This document shows, piece by piece, positions 29,073-40,988 of a stretch of 64,000 nt of DNA (position 1 is the stretch's first letter; each line of letters opens with the position of its first letter). Under the pieces are notes generated by a model. It did no database searches, had not been told where the DNA came from, and saw nothing but the letters and a program-made list of their open reading frames with translations. The translations under genes and the position numbers were made by a program. The stretch spans positions 46,994 to 110,993 of the forward strand of contig JANPCX010000040.1 of NCBI GenBank assembly GCA_031431125.1. Direction: 5' to 3'. Origin of the DNA: Burkholderiales bacterium (GTDB taxonomy: Bacteria > Pseudomonadota > Gammaproteobacteria > Burkholderiales > Burkholderiaceae_C).

Positions 29073-29859
29073 TCAAGAGGTGTAGTGCACCACCTGCTCG
29101 CCCCGGCAAAAGCCGTAGAGCTGAATGCCCGCCTGGCGCGCGACCTCCACCGCCAGCGATGTGGGTGCGGAGATGGCGGCCAAAGCGCCTACACCGAGGT
29201 GGGCACATTTGCGCACCAGCTCGACGCTGGCGCGACTTGAGACGATGACAAAACCCAAGGCTGCCAACTCACCCGCCCAAGCGCGTGCGCCCAACAGTTT
29301 GTCGAGCGCGTTGTGGCGGCCCACGTCTTCACGCACCTGGGTCAAATGGCCATCTTCTCGCACCCAGGCGGCAGCGTGGCAAGCGCCGGTTTGGGCATTG
29401 AGGACTTGGCGTTCGGGCAAGGCGGCGAAGGCGCGTTGGATCAGTTCAGGCGGCACAACGGCAGCAGCTTGGCTGCGGCGCGGCAGCGCGTGCAAATCGA
29501 GTTGCTGCAAACTCTCCAGCCCGCACAGGCCACAACCGGTGCGGCCTTCCATGCTGCGTTTGCGCTGCTTGAAGGCGGCGAAGGCACCCGAGGCAATTTC
29601 CAGTTGCACTTCAAACCCTTCGGTTTGGTGGCGCACATTCACATCGCGGCACTCGGCGCGGCTTTGAATCAAACCTTCAGACAGCGCAAAACCCAGGGCC
29701 AGGTCTTCCAGGTCTTGCGGTGTGGCCATCATCACTGCATGGGAGATGCCGTTGAACACCAGCGCCACCGGTGCTTCAACGGCCAGCTGGTCGTCGTCGG
29801 CTTGTGATGTTTTCCCGTCAAACCTGACCACGGGCAAGCGGCGTATCGCATCGCTGGGT

Positions 29860-29867
<8 letters not shown>
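29073..29867 (-). CDS. fdhD: Formate dehydrogenase accessory sulfurtransferase FdhD
   Basis: 264 aa with the Cys loop GRTGCGLCG and an FdhD-like C-terminal half. It overlaps the upstream oxidoreductase gene by 8 nt (ATGCTTGA). Confidence 0.88.
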
Positions 29868-32202
<2,335 letters not shown>

Positions 32203-32528
32203 GGACGGGGTGGGAACAAAGTCAAGTGATGGAGCTTGACTCTATCGGAATGGTGGGGGCCGCGCTTCGATAAAGTCGGTCACTGGCGATGGCATGGCTA
32301 CGTCATTTGACGAATCCTGACCGCACCCACAGCCTCCGAGATCTTCATGGCACACACCATCACCCCCTTTCTCGACCACCACCGACGCCGAGCTGGACAC
32401 CGCCTGGCAGTCCGACGAAAAGCGTAAGGAAACCACCAAGTCAAGCGACGAAGCCAATAGCCAGCTACAGCTGGGACCAACCGACAGCACCCACAAAAAC
32501 CCCAGCGGGGACATCCCAAGGAGTCGAG

Positions 32529-34151
32529 ATGGCGATCGAGACAAGCGCAGTGCTTGGTGGGCGCATCTGGCGCCAGTGGTCGGGCCGACGGCAGTCCATC
32601 TTGCTGTTGACCGCTGCGCTGACCCTTTGTGGGTGCGGCAGCTTGCCCATGATCGACCGCAGTGCCATCGCCAGCCATGCAGTGGCCGCCGATGCAAAAA
32701 CGCCGTTGGCACGTGCGGCGGCTGTGGGGCAACCTGCGGCCGATGCCAGCGGTTTCAGACTGATGCCGCTCGGAACCCTTTCATTGGATGCCCGCGGGCA
32801 ATTGGCGCGGCGCGCCCAAGCGACACTCGACGTTCAGTACTACCACTTTGCCGATGATCAAACCGGCCGGTGGCTGTTGCGGCAACTGCGCGACGCCGCC
32901 GAACGAGGCGTTCGAGTTCGCCTGCTGATTGATGACCTTTACACCGGTGGGGCAGACGCTTTGTTCATGGGTTTTGCGGCTCACCCGAACGTGGAGGTGC
33001 GTCTGTACAACCCCTTCACCATGGCACGGGGTGCCGGCCCCGGCGGGCGCTTTCTGGCTGCGCCCTGGGAGTGGGGGCGGATCAACCACCGCATGCACAA
33101 CAAAATGTTCATCGCCGATGGGGCCTGGGCCGTTATCGGCGGGCGCAACATCGCCGACGAGTATTACTTGCGCAAGGAATCAGACAACTTCATTGATGTC
33201 GACGCCCTGGTCGCCGGCCGTGTGCTGCCCGCGCTGCAGGCGCTGTTTGACCGGTACTGGAACAGCGAAGCCGTGTTTCCTTTGCAGGCCATCGTTGGCC
33301 CCAGCGGAACGCCCGAGCAAAGACGCGCCAGCTTTGCAACGGCCACCCAAATCGACAACACGCCGCCACCCGGGCCGCTTCCAGAACGCGATGTGCTGGG
33401 ATATGGGCCAATAGGTCCAGATCTGGACGCCGGTGCGCTGCGGTTGGTTTGGGGCTCGGCCTATGTGTTTGCCGACCATCCCGACAAGCCCTTCGAAGGC
33501 GCTGCCGGGGGCGAGCTGATGGAAACCAGCGTCACCTACAACGTGTTCGAGGCCATGCGGATGGCCCGGCAGGAGGTTTTGGCTTCGTCGCCCTACTTCA
33601 TACCGGGTCGTGTCGGCATGGGCCTGTTTGCCGAATTGCGTGGCAAAGGGGTAAAGGTCAGTGTGCTGACCAATTCACTAGCGTCCACCGACGAGCCACT
33701 GGTGCACCTCGGTTATTCGCGCTACCGCGAGCCCCTGCTGAAAATGGGCGTCGAACTTTACGAGTTGAGCCACCGACGTGTGAAAGACAACATGCGCATG
33801 TTCCTCTTCGGCGCATCGTTGGGGCGCTTGCATGCCAAGTCGCTGGTGATTGACCGGCGGGTCTCCTACATCGGCTCCATGAACCTGGACCCACGTTCAG
33901 CCACCATCAACACCGAGCTGGGTGCAGTGATCGACAGCCCGCAGTTGGCCGAGGAGCTGATGCGACTGATCGACATTGATCGTTTGCACGGCGCCTACCA
34001 GGTGCGGTTGCGGGCCGACGGCCAAGGCTACGAGTGGGTGGCACCGGACAGCGACGGCCAAGTGGTTCTCACCGACGAGCCCGATTCGTCTTGGTGGTTG
34101 CGCTGGTTGGGCACGTTGTTGGAGCCGCTCACACCAGAGAATCATCTGTAG
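32529..34151 (+). CDS. Phospholipase D family lipoprotein (two HKD motifs)
   Basis: ORF 32289..34151. The ATG at 32529 follows AAGGAG. It has a lipobox LTLCGC and two HxKxxxxD motifs (HRMHNKMFIADG, RLHAKSLVIDRR). Confidence 0.82.
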   Translation: MAIETSAVLGGRIWRQWSGRRQSILLLTAALTLCGCGSLPMIDRSAIASHAVAADAKTPLARAAAVGQPAADASGFRLMPLGTLSLDARGQLARRAQATLDVQYYHFADDQTGRWLLRQLRDAAERGVRVRLLIDDLYTGGADALFMGFAAHPNVEVRLYNPFTMARGAGPGGRFLAAPWEWGRINHRMHNKMFIADGAWAVIGGRNIADEYYLRKESDNFIDVDALVAGRVLPALQALFDRYWNSEAVFPLQAIVGPSGTPEQRRASFATATQIDNTPPPGPLPERDVLGYGPIGPDLDAGALRLVWGSAYVFADHPDKPFEGAAGGELMETSVTYNVFEAMRMARQEVLASSPYFIPGRVGMGLFAELRGKGVKVSVLTNSLASTDEPLVHLGYSRYREPLLKMGVELYELSHRRVKDNMRMFLFGASLGRLHAKSLVIDRRVSYIGSMNLDPRSATINTELGAVIDSPQLAEELMRLIDIDRLHGAYQVRLRADGQGYEWVAPDSDGQVVLTDEPDSSWWLRWLGTLLEPLTPENHL

Positions 34152-34839
34152 CGGCGGTTGTTGGCCGCGAGTGACAAGCTACAAAACCTTGCCCGCCAAG
34201 GTGGCAACCCACGCTGCACTCAACCTCGCTTTGCAACGCCTGCGGGCTCCCTATGAAATTCATCTGGACCCGATACCGGGCCTCGTGATCTGCAGCTCGA
34301 ATCGGTTTCACCAACCCATGACTCGGCTGTAGGAATGAGGATCTATTGAGCGTTACCAAATTCATGACACGCCACCCCCCTCACACCATGACGAGCCAGA
34401 GGCGGTGCTAGCCCACATATCTCACCAGGGACGCGCCCATGCGGCGGTGCATGGGCGAGACGGGGCGGTCGAGACGGCCGCTGCCAAGGCCCGTCGGCCT
34501 TGGCGAGGAGTTGAGGCCGTATCCGGCCGGCCAGGCGCCGTTGCATGGGTGCGTCGCGCTCGGACCAAATTGGACTTGGCACTCGAAGCCACCACGACAA
34601 GCATTCATGCGGTGTTGCGGGACTCAAGAAAAGCGACCTGGTGAAATATTCGGGCCAGGAGTCTGCTCGGCAGAAGGCGCCGAAGCGTTCTCGAGGAGCG
34701 GCGAAGCCGAACGTGAGAAAACCGAGGACAGTTTGGTAGCACCGACAAACTCAGGGTAGCCCCCTGGGCGCAAGAGGTGATACCAAAATGGACCGGTTTC
34801 TCGCACGTTGCAGCTGACGACCTTCTGCCGCGCAGGCTC

Positions 34840-35409
34840 CTATGCGCTCTTCGTCGCCAAGAGTGCGACCAACCCCTCAATACCTTGCTCATAGGGTCGA
34901 ATGGATTGGGCGGCGCGTGCCAAGACATACCCTCCTTGGCGCACAGCCAGGATGGTGGTCGCAATCTCTTGGGCATCCAATGCCTTCGACAATTGGCCGC
35001 TGGCCTGCGCTTCGTGGATCAAACCCGCAACACGGTCTGTCATCCAGGCAAATGTCTCGTCCAGCGGTTTGCGCAACGCTTCATCAGCGACAACCTCAGG
35101 ATCAGCCACAAGGCGTCCGATCCGGCAGCCTTTGAGGATGTCACGCTCCAGCCGAAGAAACTTCACCAGACGGGTCATCGGGTCCGCTGGTGGGCGTGAC
35201 AAAAGCGTGTCCATTTCTGCCTTCAGTTCCGAGGCTGTGCGCTCCTCTGCCGCCACCGCCAACGCCGCCTTGGAACGAAAGTGGTGGTACATGCTTCCTT
35301 GTCCTACGCCGGCACGATCCTGTATCGCCCGTGGACTCATGCCGATGTATCCCCTCTCCCACAGCAAGGCCTGCGCAGTCTCAATCAGCTTATCAATGGA
35401 TGTGCTCAT
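34840..35409 (-). CDS. TetR/AcrR family transcriptional regulator
   Basis: 189 aa with an N-terminal HTH region (LLWERGYIGMSPRAIQDRAGVGQGSMYHHFRSK). It is divergent from an MFS transporter gene. Confidence 0.85.
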   Translation of the reverse strand: MSTSIDKLIETAQALLWERGYIGMSPRAIQDRAGVGQGSMYHHFRSKAALAVAAEERTASELKAEMDTLLSRPPADPMTRLVKFLRLERDILKGCRIGRLVADPEVVADEALRKPLDETFAWMTDRVAGLIHEAQASGQLSKALDAQEIATTILAVRQGGYVLARAAQSIRPYEQGIEGLVALLATKSA

Positions 35410-35418
35410 TTGTTGATT

Positions 35419-35465
35419 GTACCTACTGGTCGGTATCGTGTTACAGTAAACCTACTAGTAGGTAC
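35419..35465. promoter_or_regulatory. Candidate TetR operator(s) in the 68-bp divergent intergenic region
   Basis: A perfect 14-bp palindrome ACCTACTAGTAGGT lies at 35450-35463. GTACCTACT at 35419-35427 is the inverted partner of AGTAGGTAC at 35457-35465. Confidence 0.5.
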
Positions 35466-35477
35466 AAAAGGCAGCCA

Positions 35478-36725
35478 ATGTCATCTTTTAAGTTATCAAG
35501 TCACTCCACGCTCGGCACCGCAATCAAGCACCACGGCTCGCACCACAAGTGGGTCGTTCTCGGCGTCGCCTTTGCGGCACAAGCCAGCTTTGCGGCGGCG
35601 TTTGCCGGCGTGCCGGTCACGGCCGTGCTCATGCGCAGCGCCTATCAGATGACGACTGAGCAACTGGGGTTGATACTCGGTTGCATCGCGCTCGGAGTGA
35701 CGTTCTCGGAGCTCATCTGGGGGTTGCTCACCGATGTATTCGGAGATCGAAAGGTGTTGCTGACCGGATTGTTGACGACAGCATTGACGCTGACGTCGAT
35801 GGCATTGTTCGTCGTACCAGACCAGCAGCACGTGCCGAGCAGTTTGTTGCTTGGTGCAAGTCTGGCGCTGGTCGGCGTTCTGGGGGGCAGCGTCAATTCT
35901 TCTTCTGGGCGCGCGATCATGGTCTGGTTTAGCGACAGCAAACGCGGATTGGCGATGAGCATTCGGCAAACGGCGATCCCTGTAGGCGGCGCCATTGGTG
36001 CCGCGTTGTTACCGTGGTTGGCCCAAAACCACGGCTTCCGATGGGTTTTCGCGGCGTTGGCCGCGTTCTGCGCGTTGAGCGCATTGATGACATGGATCTG
36101 GCTACACGAACCGCTGGCCACTGCGCAAACCGCTCCCGCACCGGTCACCACCGAGGCCCGCTCCCCGCTGCGGCGATTCGACATTTGGCGCTTGGCAATC
36201 GCTTCAGCTCTGCTGACGGCGCCACAGCTGGCCGTTCTGACATTTGGCGGTGTGTTTCTGCACGATCTAAAGGCTGCGAGTCTTTCCACCATCGTCGCTG
36301 CCATCGTGGCGGTCCAGATCGGTGGCGCCGTCGCCCGAATTTTGGTCGGACAACTTTCTGATCGAGGACATGATCGACGGACACTGGTGCGCTGGCTTGG
36401 ACTGTCGACGGGTGTCGTGGCCATTGGTCTGGCGGCGTCCACTGATGCCGACCTCCAACGGGTTGTTCCGCTGCTCTTCCTGGTCGGGCTTCTCGCCAGC
36501 GCGTGGCACGGCGTGGCCTACACAGAAGCCGCAGCAATGGCTGGAGCGGACCGCGCGGGAACGGCGCTGGGAATCATGGGAATGACAATCTTCGGTTCGG
36601 CCTTCCTGACCCCTGCGCTGATACCCGTCGTCTTGGCGGCCAGCTCCTGGTCCGTTGTTTGGGGGCTCATCGCCAGCGCTGCCTTCTTGGCGGTCATGAT
36701 TTCTCCGAGTGCGAAATCACGTTGA
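35478..36725 (+). CDS. MFS transporter
   Basis: ORF 35190..36725. The ATG at 35478 (MSSFKLSSHS...) clears the TetR gene. It has about 12 hydrophobic segments and an MFS-like loop (GDRKVLLTGL). Confidence 0.82.
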   Translation: MSSFKLSSHSTLGTAIKHHGSHHKWVVLGVAFAAQASFAAAFAGVPVTAVLMRSAYQMTTEQLGLILGCIALGVTFSELIWGLLTDVFGDRKVLLTGLLTTALTLTSMALFVVPDQQHVPSSLLLGASLALVGVLGGSVNSSSGRAIMVWFSDSKRGLAMSIRQTAIPVGGAIGAALLPWLAQNHGFRWVFAALAAFCALSALMTWIWLHEPLATAQTAPAPVTTEARSPLRRFDIWRLAIASALLTAPQLAVLTFGGVFLHDLKAASLSTIVAAIVAVQIGGAVARILVGQLSDRGHDRRTLVRWLGLSTGVVAIGLAASTDADLQRVVPLLFLVGLLASAWHGVAYTEAAAMAGADRAGTALGIMGMTIFGSAFLTPALIPVVLAASSWSVVWGLIASAAFLAVMISPSAKSR

Positions 36726-36805
36726 GTCTTTTCGATCCACCGGTCAATACGTCCGACTGGGTGGTGGTTGAATTTCAAACGGTTAACACCATCGCGCCGC
36801 CATTG

Positions 36806-39052
36806 CTACAACGTCCCCAACGCCTCACGGACCAGCCCAAAGGTCAACACCTCAGGCAACAGCAAAGGCGCTTTGCCAGGCCGGTACAGCACATAGACCG
36901 GCACGCCGCTGCGGCCCAGGCGGGCCAGGGCTTCGGTGATTTTGGCGTCGCGGTTGGTCCAGTCGGCGCGCATGAGCACGACGCCTGCCTTGGAGAACGC
37001 CCGTTGGGTGTCTGCGGTATTGAGCACCAGTTTCTTGTTGACCTGGCAGCTGACACACCAAGCCGCCGTGAACTCCACAAACACAGCTTGACCCTTGGCA
37101 ACGTGAATGTCGATTTGGGCCGGGTCATAAGCACCCCAGTTGGCATCGGCACTGCGGCCGTTGGCACCACCAGCCCCCCCAGCCAACCCGGCGCCTTGCG
37201 CCACCGTTGGGGACTGCTGGGAGCCTTGCAGCGGAGAGGCCAACCACAGCGAGAACACAACCACACTCAGGGCCAGGCCACGCGCCCAAGCGGGATGACG
37301 CTTCCACACACCCAACAACCACAGCGCAAAACCCAGGGCCAACAAACACAGTGTGGCCGCGATCAAACCGTCCACCCCCACCTGCTGGCCCAGTACCCAC
37401 AACAACCACAACACGGTGAGGAACATGGGAAATCCGAGCAGTTGCTTGAGGTGCAGCATCCACGCCCCTGGCTTGGGCAAACGCTCGCGCCAGCCGGGCA
37501 ACAACACCAAGGCGGCATAGGGCGCGGCCATGCCGGCGCCGAGCACCGCAAACACCAACAAGGCGGTTGCTGCCGATTGCGTGACGGCAAACCCCAACGC
37601 CGCGCCCATGAAGGGCGCCGTGCAGGGGCTGGCGGCCACCACTGCAAGTACACCCGAAGCAAAGGCATCGACCCCAGGTTGTCGTGCGCGCCAACTGGAA
37701 AGGCCCGAGGGCAACCACAGGCTCCATTCAAACGTGCCGAGCAAGTTCAACCCCAACAGAAAGAACAACATGGCCTGGCCGAGCACCACCCAGGGCTCTT
37801 GCAACTGGAAACCCCAACCCACGGCTTGCCCCGCAGAACGCAGGGTCAAGAGCAAGGCAGCCAGGGCCAAGAAGGTGAGCACCACGCCCAGGCTGTAGGC
37901 CAGTGCGTGTTGGCGTTTGTTGCTGGCGGCGCCCTCCCCTTGCTTCGATGCCGACAGCAGTTTGATCGACAGCACAGGAAACACACAGGGCATGAGGTTG
38001 AGCAACATGCCGCCGACAAAGGCCAGGGCCAAGGTCAGCAGCCACGACAGCAACCCGGTACTCGCAAGTCCACCGCCGCGCAGTGAGACAGGATCCCCCT
38101 GAGGCCCGGTGTCGGCGAGCTTCTCCGCGCCTTGCGGCCAGCGCAGTGCAGTCACCACTTCCACAGGGGCATTGAATTCACCCGCCTTTTGCGGCAATGA
38201 GGCCCAGGAAAACGGCGGTAAGTCATCGCCCTTGGTTTGGGCCACCACGACGCCACTGAAGGCGGCAGGCAAGCTGGCACCATCCATCAAAGCCAGTTTG
38301 ATGGCGTAACCCGTTGCGGTGCGGTAGGCCTCATGGCGTGCCGGCACCAGCACTTGTTCGGAATAAGGAAAGACGTGAACCACGGGCCACGGTGCGCTGG
38401 CCACGGTCGTGGCGCCCACGGGCCTGGCCTGGCTTGTCGCGGCAGGTGTTGGCGCATCGAAGGTCAACAGCAGCTCATTGCCAGCGCGCTGCAAGCTCGT
38501 GGTCCAGCCTTGCAATGCCCGAGGCGCGGCGGCCTCCAATTGGTCAAAGGTGGGCAATTGGGCTGTGGAACCGGGCATGACCTCCTTGCCGACCACGGGC
38601 AGTTGCAAACTCAACTCGCCGCCTTCGGGAATACAGACGTCTTTGCACACCAACCAGTTGGCCTGAGCGCGAAGCACAAGGGTGGTGCCTGGCACGGCAT
38701 TCATGGGCACGACCAGGGTCTGCGGCAGCAGCAGCTGGTCTTCATAGCCGTAGTTCACCAAGGGCCCCACCGGTAAACGTTTGGGGACAGGCCACTGGAT
38801 GTCGCTGATCTGCGCCCCCGGCGGAAGCATCCAGTTCACCGTGGTCGGCAAACCAGAATCGCCAGGGTTGCGCCAGTAGGTATGCCAATGGGGTTGGTGG
38901 TCAATCTTCAGGCCAACCCGCACGGTTTGGCCAGGCTGCACGGCCGTGTGTTCGGCGACCAACTGGGCGGTGACGTGGTCGGTTTTGAATACGGCGGCCT
39001 GCGCCAGCGGTAATACCAACCATGTGGCCAGCAGCAGGGCAATACGCTTCAT
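36806..39052 (-). CDS. dsbD: Thiol:disulfide interchange protein DsbD (ScsB-like long N-terminal form)
   Basis: ORF 36806..39391. The ATG at 39052 gives a signal peptide MKRIALLLATWLVLPLAQA. It has an N-terminal periplasmic Cys pair (CKDVCIPE), membrane Cys motifs (MPCVFPV, SPCTAPF) and a C-terminal thioredoxin motif WCVSCQ. Confidence 0.85.
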   Translation of the reverse strand: MKRIALLLATWLVLPLAQAAVFKTDHVTAQLVAEHTAVQPGQTVRVGLKIDHQPHWHTYWRNPGDSGLPTTVNWMLPPGAQISDIQWPVPKRLPVGPLVNYGYEDQLLLPQTLVVPMNAVPGTTLVLRAQANWLVCKDVCIPEGGELSLQLPVVGKEVMPGSTAQLPTFDQLEAAAPRALQGWTTSLQRAGNELLLTFDAPTPAATSQARPVGATTVASAPWPVVHVFPYSEQVLVPARHEAYRTATGYAIKLALMDGASLPAAFSGVVVAQTKGDDLPPFSWASLPQKAGEFNAPVEVVTALRWPQGAEKLADTGPQGDPVSLRGGGLASTGLLSWLLTLALAFVGGMLLNLMPCVFPVLSIKLLSASKQGEGAASNKRQHALAYSLGVVLTFLALAALLLTLRSAGQAVGWGFQLQEPWVVLGQAMLFFLLGLNLLGTFEWSLWLPSGLSSWRARQPGVDAFASGVLAVVAASPCTAPFMGAALGFAVTQSAATALLVFAVLGAGMAAPYAALVLLPGWRERLPKPGAWMLHLKQLLGFPMFLTVLWLLWVLGQQVGVDGLIAATLCLLALGFALWLLGVWKRHPAWARGLALSVVVFSLWLASPLQGSQQSPTVAQGAGLAGGAGGANGRSADANWGAYDPAQIDIHVAKGQAVFVEFTAAWCVSCQVNKKLVLNTADTQRAFSKAGVVLMRADWTNRDAKITEALARLGRSGVPVYVLYRPGKAPLLLPEVLTFGLVREALGTL

Positions 39053-39154
39053 TGAGAACTCCAAAACACCAGACATTCGGCGAACGACAAGCTTGGTCGT
39101 GCCCATCGGTACCAACCTAACAAGCGCTGGCACGCAGCCGCACTGCATGGACAA

Positions 39155-39703
39155 TTGGCGTCTATGTCCGCTGACCACACTTTCATTGCCGCCACCCAAA
39201 CCTGGCTCACCCGCGCCGTGATCGGCCTGCAACTGTGCCCTTTTGCCAAAGCGGTGCATTTGAAAAACCAAATTCGCTATGTGGTGAACCACGTCACTGA
39301 ACCGCAGGCCCTGTTGGAGGCGCTGGTGAGCGAATTGCAATACCTGGTGCAAGCGGACCCGCAAGTTGTCGAAACCACGCTCTTGATTCACCCTGACGTC
39401 CTGACTGATTTTTTCGACTACAACGATTTTTTAGACTTGGCCGATGCGGCTTTGCTGGAACTTGATTTAGACGGTGTGTTGCAAATCGCCAGCTTCCACC
39501 CCCACTACCAGTTCGCAGGCACTGCACCCAACGCCATCGAAAACCACACCAACCGCTCGCCCTACCCCATGCTGCACCTGCTTCGCGAGTCCAGCATTGA
39601 AGCCGCCATGCAAAACTTTGACGGCGCAGACGCCATTGTCGACCGCAACATCACCACCCTGCAGCAACTCGGTTTAGAAGGCTGGCGCAAGCTGTGGGTT
39701 TGA
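39155..39703 (+). CDS. DUF1415-like protein
   Basis: 182 aa with WLTRAVIGLQLCPFAKAVHLKNQIRYVV near the N-terminus. The family call is from memory and unverified. Confidence 0.62.
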   Translation: MASMSADHTFIAATQTWLTRAVIGLQLCPFAKAVHLKNQIRYVVNHVTEPQALLEALVSELQYLVQADPQVVETTLLIHPDVLTDFFDYNDFLDLADAALLELDLDGVLQIASFHPHYQFAGTAPNAIENHTNRSPYPMLHLLRESSIEAAMQNFDGADAIVDRNITTLQQLGLEGWRKLWV

Positions 39704-39730
39704 TGGACTGTGCTCACGCAGAGGCACAGT

Positions 39731-40912
39731 TCAAAACGCCGCGATTCCCGTCATGGCCCGCCCCAGTATCAGGGCATGAATGTCGTGTGTGCCTTCGTAG
39801 GTGTTGACCACTTCCAAGTTCACCAGGTGCCTGGCCACACCGTATTCATCGGAGATGCCATTGCCCCCCAGCATGTCCCGGGCCGCACGCGCCACATCGA
39901 GTGCTTTGCCGCAAGAGTTGCGCTTGAGCATGGAGGTGATCTCGGGTGTAGCGCTGCCTTCGTCTTTCATGCGACCCAAACGCAAGCAAGCTTGCAGGCC
40001 GAGAGTGATCTCGGTTTGCATGTCGACCAGCTTCTTTTGCACCAGTTGGTTCGCGGCCAATGCCCGGCCAAATTGTTTGCGGTCCAGCACGTACTGGCGC
40101 GCGCGGTGCCAGCAGTCCTCGGCGGCACCCAGCGCGCCCCAGGCAATGCCATAACGCGCCGAGTTCAAACATGTGAACGGGCCTTTGAGGCCACGCACGT
40201 CGGGCAGCGCATTCTCTTCGGGGCAGAACACCCCGTCCATCACGATTTCACCGGTGATGGAAGTGCGCAGCCCCACCTTGCCCTGAATTGTCGGCGCACT
40301 CAAGCCCTTCCAGCCCTTCTCCAGAATGAATCCGCGAATGGAACCGGTATCGTCCTTGGCCCAGATCACGAACACGTCGGCGATGGGCGAATTGGTGATC
40401 CACATCTTGCTGCCGCTCAGTGAATAACCACCGGGCACTGTTTTGGCCTTGGTGGTCATGCTGCCTGGGTCTGAGCCGTGGTCAGGCTCGGTCAATCCGA
40501 AACAACCGATCCACTCGCCGCTGGCCAGCTTGGGCAGGTATTTTTGACGTTGCGCTTCCAAGCCAAAGTCAAAAATGGGGCCCATCACCAAAGAGCTCTG
40601 CACACTCATCATGGAGCGGTAGCCCGAGTCCACACGTTCGATTTCTCTGGCCACCAGTCCATAACAAACCTGGTTCAAACCTACGCCCCCATAGACGGTG
40701 GGGATGGTGCAACCCAAGAGCCCCACAACGCCCATGTCTCTAAATATCGAAGCATCGGTTTGCTCATGGCGAAAGGCCTGTACGACCTTTGGCGCCAGTC
40801 GTGTTTGCGCGAACGCCCGGGCGGCGTCGCGCACCGCCCGCTCATCGGCGCTCAGTTGCGACTCCAGCATCAGTGGGTCGTCCCAGTGGAATTCAGGTTT
40901 GGAGTCAAGCAT
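39731..40912 (-). CDS. gcdH: Glutaryl-CoA dehydrogenase (acyl-CoA dehydrogenase family)
   Basis: 393 aa with the N-terminus [22 protein letters not shown] typical of GcdH. ACAD motifs are present throughout ([19 protein letters not shown]). Confidence 0.86.
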   Translation of the reverse strand: MLDSKPEFHWDDPLMLESQLSADERAVRDAARAFAQTRLAPKVVQAFRHEQTDASIFRDMGVVGLLGCTIPTVYGGVGLNQVCYGLVAREIERVDSGYRSMMSVQSSLVMGPIFDFGLEAQRQKYLPKLASGEWIGCFGLTEPDHGSDPGSMTTKAKTVPGGYSLSGSKMWITNSPIADVFVIWAKDDTGSIRGFILEKGWKGLSAPTIQGKVGLRTSITGEIVMDGVFCPEENALPDVRGLKGPFTCLNSARYGIAWGALGAAEDCWHRARQYVLDRKQFGRALAANQLVQKKLVDMQTEITLGLQACLRLGRMKDEGSATPEITSMLKRNSCGKALDVARAARDMLGGNGISDEYGVARHLVNLEVVNTYEGTHDIHALILGRAMTGIAAF

Positions 40913-40988
40913 GATTCAGGATTTTGGGCTGCAAGGGAGTCGCGCTATTTCTGCGCGACCACACGCGGAGTATCTCTAAACTCGCAGC

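Noticed and set aside
32289-32528. 80-codon Pro/Thr/Ser-rich extension of the phospholipase D ORF
   Set aside because: The sequence is low complexity, and AAGGAG immediately precedes the ATG at 32529, which yields a lipoprotein signal.
35190-35477. 96-codon 5' extension of the MFS ORF
   Set aside because: It lies antisense inside the TetR gene and across the operator region, and the ATG at 35478 begins the genuine transporter sequence.
36503-38086. 527-codon ORF antisense to dsbD
   Set aside because: The translation is extremely Gln/Arg/Gly/Pro/His-rich and low complexity. It also overlaps the 3' end of the MFS gene. The dsbD frame has all expected Cys motifs.
39053-39391. 113-codon N-terminal extension of the dsbD ORF
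   Set aside because: The extension overlaps the divergent DUF1415-like gene and lacks signal-peptide character. The internal ATG at 39052 gives a textbook signal peptide.
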